Source: Auanema rhodensis
Taxonomy: Eukaryota; Animalia; Nematoda
DNA: 64,000 nt
Reading direction: 5' to 3'
NCBI GenBank assembly: GCA_964057225.1
Contig: OZ059898.1
Location: 6,820,001-6,884,000 of the forward strand
Shown here piece after piece: positions 58,950 to 64,000 of the stretch (its first letter is position 1; each line of letters starts with the position of its first letter). The notes under the pieces are model-generated. The model did no database searches, had not been told where the DNA came from, and was given only the letters and a program-made list of their open reading frames with translations. A program made the position numbers and the translations under genes.

Positions 58950-60577
58950 TTAAATAGATTGTGTTGAAATTATTAAAAGATCTTGCTTGCTCCATATATC
59001 TTGATCATTGGGCAAAAAATGATCTTGTTGCATTTGCTCCAGTTCATTTGCATATTCTCTAATTGTTTCATCACTTATAGGATGGGCATCATTTTCCTTA
59101 AATAAAGAAAAAATAAAGAAAATTGATATTCTTAACTTTACATCTTCATAAGTTGGAATTTCTTCTTCTGCGTCTTCATCATCTGTAGTATTCCGAATGT
59201 ATAATCGTTGTTGCAGTTCTTCCAGCACTCTCTCCATCTGTTCGCTTTTTAACCTCTCTTCTTCCAACATTCTTAAAGCATATTTTTAATTTTTTTTTGC
59301 TTTATGCAAGTATTCAGATGGCTGTTAAATGAGAGAAAATATATAAGATATGTTGGTCATATAGTATACAGAGAATAAATATTATATATTGAAAATTTAC
59401 CTTGTAGCTAAGCCTCGAACAATTTCTTCATCTTTCAGTGCCTGTCTCTCCTCTTCAAGTTCACGTTCTAACTTTATTTTTTCTTTCTCTAAACGTTCAC
59501 GTTTTTCAGTTTCTAATTCTGCTTCATGCCCTTAACAGTGGTTATTTACATTATCAAAGTTTAGACAAATAAAAACCATGGAATCGAGAAGCAATTCTTT
59601 TATCTAGTCTAGTTAATTCTTCTGCTGTTGTTACCGTTAATGATAATTGAAGAGCTGAGAACCATATATAAATTGAAATAAATAAGTATATATATACCTT
59701 TTTCCAGTAGTCGACAAGTATTTAAATCATAATGAGCGAATTCGAATGTTTTAGATTTTCCTTGCAATCCTGTTATATAAACATCGTCTTCTTGATATAA
59801 ACTCTTCGAATAAGAAAAAAAAGGTTGTATGTAAATAATTATTTCTTACTTTGACTACAAAATCTCTATCTAGGTGAATTTCAATCTTTTGACCCTTTCT
59901 ATTTCTTTTAAGTTTCTGTATAACTACCAGAGAAGGTTCGACAGATATCCATACATTGTTCCACCGATTTAATCGAACCATGCACCCAATTTTTCCAGCA
60001 GATTTACATCGAAATAGAATGAATCCCTTAAATATTATTTTAATTTCTGAAAGTTCATGTACGCACTTTAACACAATACAATAAAACTGGTGAATAAGTT
60101 TCATTTTTGTGTATTTGAGCGGGGGAGCGACAGAGTAGGATCAAAAGCAAAATCACACTTTTCGTTTTATGTCAATAATGCCACTGAGCTGAGGCTTGAG
60201 ATGGTTTAATCATTTAAAAAATGGACTTTACCTTATTTATGATTTGATTTGCGTAGCGATCAAACAAAGCATCAATCGAACATTCTAACTCTTTCGTATC
60301 ATCAGCAAATATGTTTTCCAACAATGATAAAAGTTCTCTATAATTAAAGACAGATAGATGTTAAGCAAGACATTTTTATATTTAACCTATATGATACATC
60401 TTCTCCATTAAAAGCAAAATGTTTCGACGTTGAAGGATAACCTGCTAAACGTTGAATTTCTTCAATAACAAAAGTGGCTTGAGGAGCTGTAAGCTCTGGA
60501 GATTGCTCACAAAGTAAGCAGTACAACTGATACAGTTTTTGATTGAATGGTTCCCGTATGTGTTGATTGAGATTCAT
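58950..60577 (-). CDS. DEF6/SWAP70-like protein (helical N-terminus, PH-like domain, coiled coil)
   Basis: ctttcag|ATG at 60577; IINKGFILFR...RWNNVWISVEPS (PH beta1-2); KTFEFAH; coiled coil ELEEERQALKDEEIVRGLATRMLEEER similar to the DEF6/SWAP70 DEE.VR motif. Confidence 0.75.
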
Positions 60578-62000
60578 CTGAAAGCAACGATATTATTTTA
60601 TAAAATCGCTCAATAAAGGTGAAAGTTGGCAGAATGGACGCAACAGGTTTTAAGGTTTAAGTGAAGAGCAGAACATTTCAAATAGATATAACGCAACCTA
60701 TGCGGAAAAGGGAATGATTCAATACTATGTAAAGTTGAAAAAGTGACTATGGGAATTTAAAATTTTCTTTCGACACGAAAAAACCAAAAAAGATAATAGG
60801 AACGCGAGAATAAAGGTTATCAGATATAACAAGGAGTCTATTTCTTTTGTCGTCATGCTCTCACACTGAGCAGCAGACTTAATGTTTTGGTTGTAACAAA
60901 ATGACACACCGGGATTGAAGATACCTGATAGAGGAAGACGAATGAAAAAGAGAAAAAGAGCGCATAGGAGTTGAGGGAACGGAGTTGAAGAAATTCGAAA
61001 AGTGAGGTGAAATAACAGTGTGAGAGAAAGCATAGGAAAGGCAGTGCCTCAACAGCTGCCGCTCCAGACGTTTGATCGAAAGCTGAAAACGACGAGTAAG
61101 ATGAAGAACAAGGGAAAAATCGACGATTAGTGGAGCAGCGTGATGGCTTTAGCATGGACTGAAATTATCAATCAGGAACAAGCCTCAAGAAAACACGGTC
61201 GAAATAAAATTTTGAGATTTTCTACATTCTTTCACCGAGCTTGAGTGCAAGTCTCAGCTGTTGCAGAAAAAGCAACAGCGTCTATAAGCCTTATTTTCAA
61301 GACGATCGATTTTTGAAGATAGTTACTGTTCAATTGGCATTAAATAAGCTACCAACGGGATGCAAATATATGAAGAATGGTTCGACCGTCTAAACGAATC
61401 AACCAGCAAACTAACTAGCCACACCTTCATCGGAAAGCTCTTTGTACAGTCACACTCAGACTGGCATTGTTTGTCTTTTGCATCCTATTCTTCTTCACAC
61501 CGCCGTAACGCTTTTCAATCATTATTCTTCTAACTTTTCCGTGTTGTCGTAAGAAACTCTGTGATATGAATGAAACTCCTAGATAATAGATTTTTGGTAG
61601 TAATATGCTTGTAGGTTGCTGTGTTTGGTTATTTATCCAAGATTTTTTTACAAACCAAAATAGTACATTTCATACGAATTCATTACAATATACATATTGG
61701 ACTCGATAATACAATGAAAGAATACGAGTATTTAGAAAATATTTTGAAAGTTAAAAAAGAAAATAAATCAGATATAATTCCAGAAAACATTACTGCAATG
61801 TCATAAGTTAAAGTCCGGAAAACAGAGAATTGTAAATACGCCATCAGTTGAAAACAGTTATGAAAGTAACTAGTAGCAGAAGAAAGCGAAAGAAGATAGA
61901 AAGGATTATCATTAAGTAGCAAAAAAGAAGTTGAGTAGGAGCAAACAATGAAAAACTCATACAAATATGACACTTTGTTAACTAAATGATACATCTTGTT

Positions 62001-64000
62001 TTATTTTTTTCTTTTTATTGCGCCCATTCCACGACGTCCGCCAGTGGGTTGAGGTAACGAGAAAGTAATACCCATTCGATCTAATATAGCGCCAAGAGAC
62101 TTTTTCGGAATCAATGAGGCCGGATCATCAGAACGAAGTAAGCGTACGTGTAACTCATCCTAGAAAACAAAATTTAGTTGAAAGCACTTTCTTAACTTTG
62201 GCGCTTACTATCATAACCGGCTGGAGAGAAAGCATGTGGCTGTATAACTCTTCATTTTCTGGTTTACGTAACCAAACCAAAAAAGACAAAGTCATTCCAT
62301 TTATATCCTAAAAATGAAAATAAGTTTTAAAATTTTTTTAGAAACGTTAACCTTTGGCAATGCAGAATCGATCATACTTTCTTCAATAGGTTCATCCTGA
62401 GGCTCGTTCAATGTTTGATTACCAAGATCATCGTCTGAAACAATGTCCTAAAATCGAAAAAAACTTTATTTCGTCAAAAAATACCACTAGATGCAGGAGA
62501 GCTGGGAACTACCACAGGCGGAGCTTTAGTTGGAGTAGTCTCTTCGAAAAGAATTTGTCGCTTTTGTGGTTTACTTCTCTCTGGTAAAGCTTTTGTATTT
62601 CTTGCTGCTTGTTCAATTATAACTCGATCATTCTGTCGTATCAGAGGCCTAACAGTAGGGGTCGATGGATCAATTACTAAACTAGGATAAAAGGAAGAGC
62701 TAAAATTATATTAAACCTGGATGAATAGAATCATAAATTTGTCTTAAATATTCCACTGCTCTTTTTCGACCCATTGGCCGCAATCCGTGACGAGCTAACT
62801 CTTTCTAAAAAAAATTGGCATAACAAAGCACAGACACAATTTTTTACCTTGAGTTCATTATCATCCATGCCTTCATAGTCTGGCATAGGTGTTATATCAG
62901 AAGTTTTGAGGATCTTGACGTTGGAACCAAACCTTCAGAAATAAAACCATGGAAAAAATATGAATATTGAAAGAAACTTCAATCTTTTTGAAGCTGGTTG
63001 TAGAGGTGTGGATTGGGCTAATGGATGATTAAACGATGTGCTCGGTGACCCAATTGCGTTCTCAGGCGGCAAGTTCTAAACAAATATGTAATATAAAAAG
63101 AGATAATTTAAAAAACTATTGCTTCTGAATAATTTTTAGAAAAAGGTTTAACATTTTCGATGGGTGGAATATTGAGATCTGGAATATCGAATGAATCTAT
63201 TTCAGTTTCAACATTTTCAACAACTTTGGTCAACTGAAATAAGAAATATTAACAGCAAACCACTTAAGCACATACAGCAGATGACTTAATAAAAACCTCT
63301 GGTTCTTTGGAACCATCATATTCTTTATCAGGCTCTGTGGGGGGAAGTTCTTTCAATCCTTCTAAAAACATATTTATTTATATTTTAAACTTTAATTTCT
63401 ATTTTTTTAAATACCGGAATCAGGATCTGCTCTCCAAAAACTCTCATTGTAGAATTCATTATATCCAACGTCATCAAAATCATAATTAGGCTCATAAAAA
63501 TCAGGTTGGTCCGGAGTTTCGGTCTATACATAAAAATATATAAATATACTATAAAAAAGGAATAGTTACAGCTTTTGTTTCCGGTGCTGGAGACTTTTTA
63601 ATTTCGGGTGCTGGAGACGTCGATTTTTCCATTGGTAATATATTCGAATCTTGTTTATCAAACGAAGACATACCTGAGATTAAAAATAGATAAACAAAAA
63701 TTCAAAAACAGAGAACGTCAAATATGTAAATTACTCAAACTTACTGCTACGTTTCGTAAACGTCTCCGGATTAATCTCTGTGGGTCTAATTTTAATTGCA
63801 GGCTACAAATAATTATTTAATAATAGAAATATAATCATATTATACAGATCGCTGTTTAGGTATATCCGCAATTATAGTAATTTCACTGTTTTCACTAAGA
63901 ACTGTGTTATTCATAATAATTCCTTGTAGTGGGTCTTCACAATCAAGAGATTCGGTTACCTGAGAAAAAAAATTAAAAATCAGAGCACGAGACCATTACA
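62001..64000 (-). CDS. him-18: SLX4 structure-specific nuclease scaffold (3' part; gene runs off the window)
   Basis: SAP domain ITPMPDYEGMDDNELKKELARHGLRPMGRKRAVEYLRQIY; C-terminal SLX1-binding domain ELYSHMLSLQPV...LGAILDRMGITF; stop at 62001-62003. Confidence 0.9.

Noticed and set aside
60030-60230. H/ACA snoRNA in the longer DEF6-like intron
   Set aside because: One AT-rich hairpin and an ACA, but no properly placed H box or second hairpin.
63076-63122. Third GC donor in him-18
   Set aside because: An in-phase GT donor 6 nt away explains the junction equally well.

Overview
AT-rich eukaryotic DNA with compact genes and ~40-55 nt introns. The protein sequences point to a rhabditid (clade V) nematode. 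I reassembled the genes by hand from splice sites, because the ORF track only shows exon fragments. In order: 3' end of a Cys-rich EB-module-like gene (+); RDL-type GABA-gated Cl- channel, probably lgc-38 (-); intron-containing tRNA-Leu(CAA) (+); ABCA transporter, ced-7-like (-); clathrin heavy chain chc-1 (-); F-box/LRR protein (+); a 68-aa secreted prepropeptide missed by the ORF track (+); PIM kinase prk-1 with a distal first exon and an ~11 kb intron (-); PAN3/panl-3 (+); MAIP1-like mitochondrial protein (+); aspartate dehydrogenase domain protein (+); DEF6/SWAP70-like PH/coiled-coil protein (-); 3' part of SLX4/him-18 (-). As I recall them, the C. elegans orthologues of most of these are on chromosome III (Nigon C). 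No CRISPR array, intact transposon or foreign gene was seen. The best candidates for something new are: an unrecognised ~155 nt rod-like RNA structure upstream of chc-1, with further hairpins in and after the gene; a candidate neuropeptide precursor; an F-box/LRR protein ending in an FPxL (RACK1-binding-like) motif; and relaxed 3' splice sites (AAG/GAG) plus GC donors. All gene names come from remembered sequence similarity and all folding was done by eye; no searches were run.
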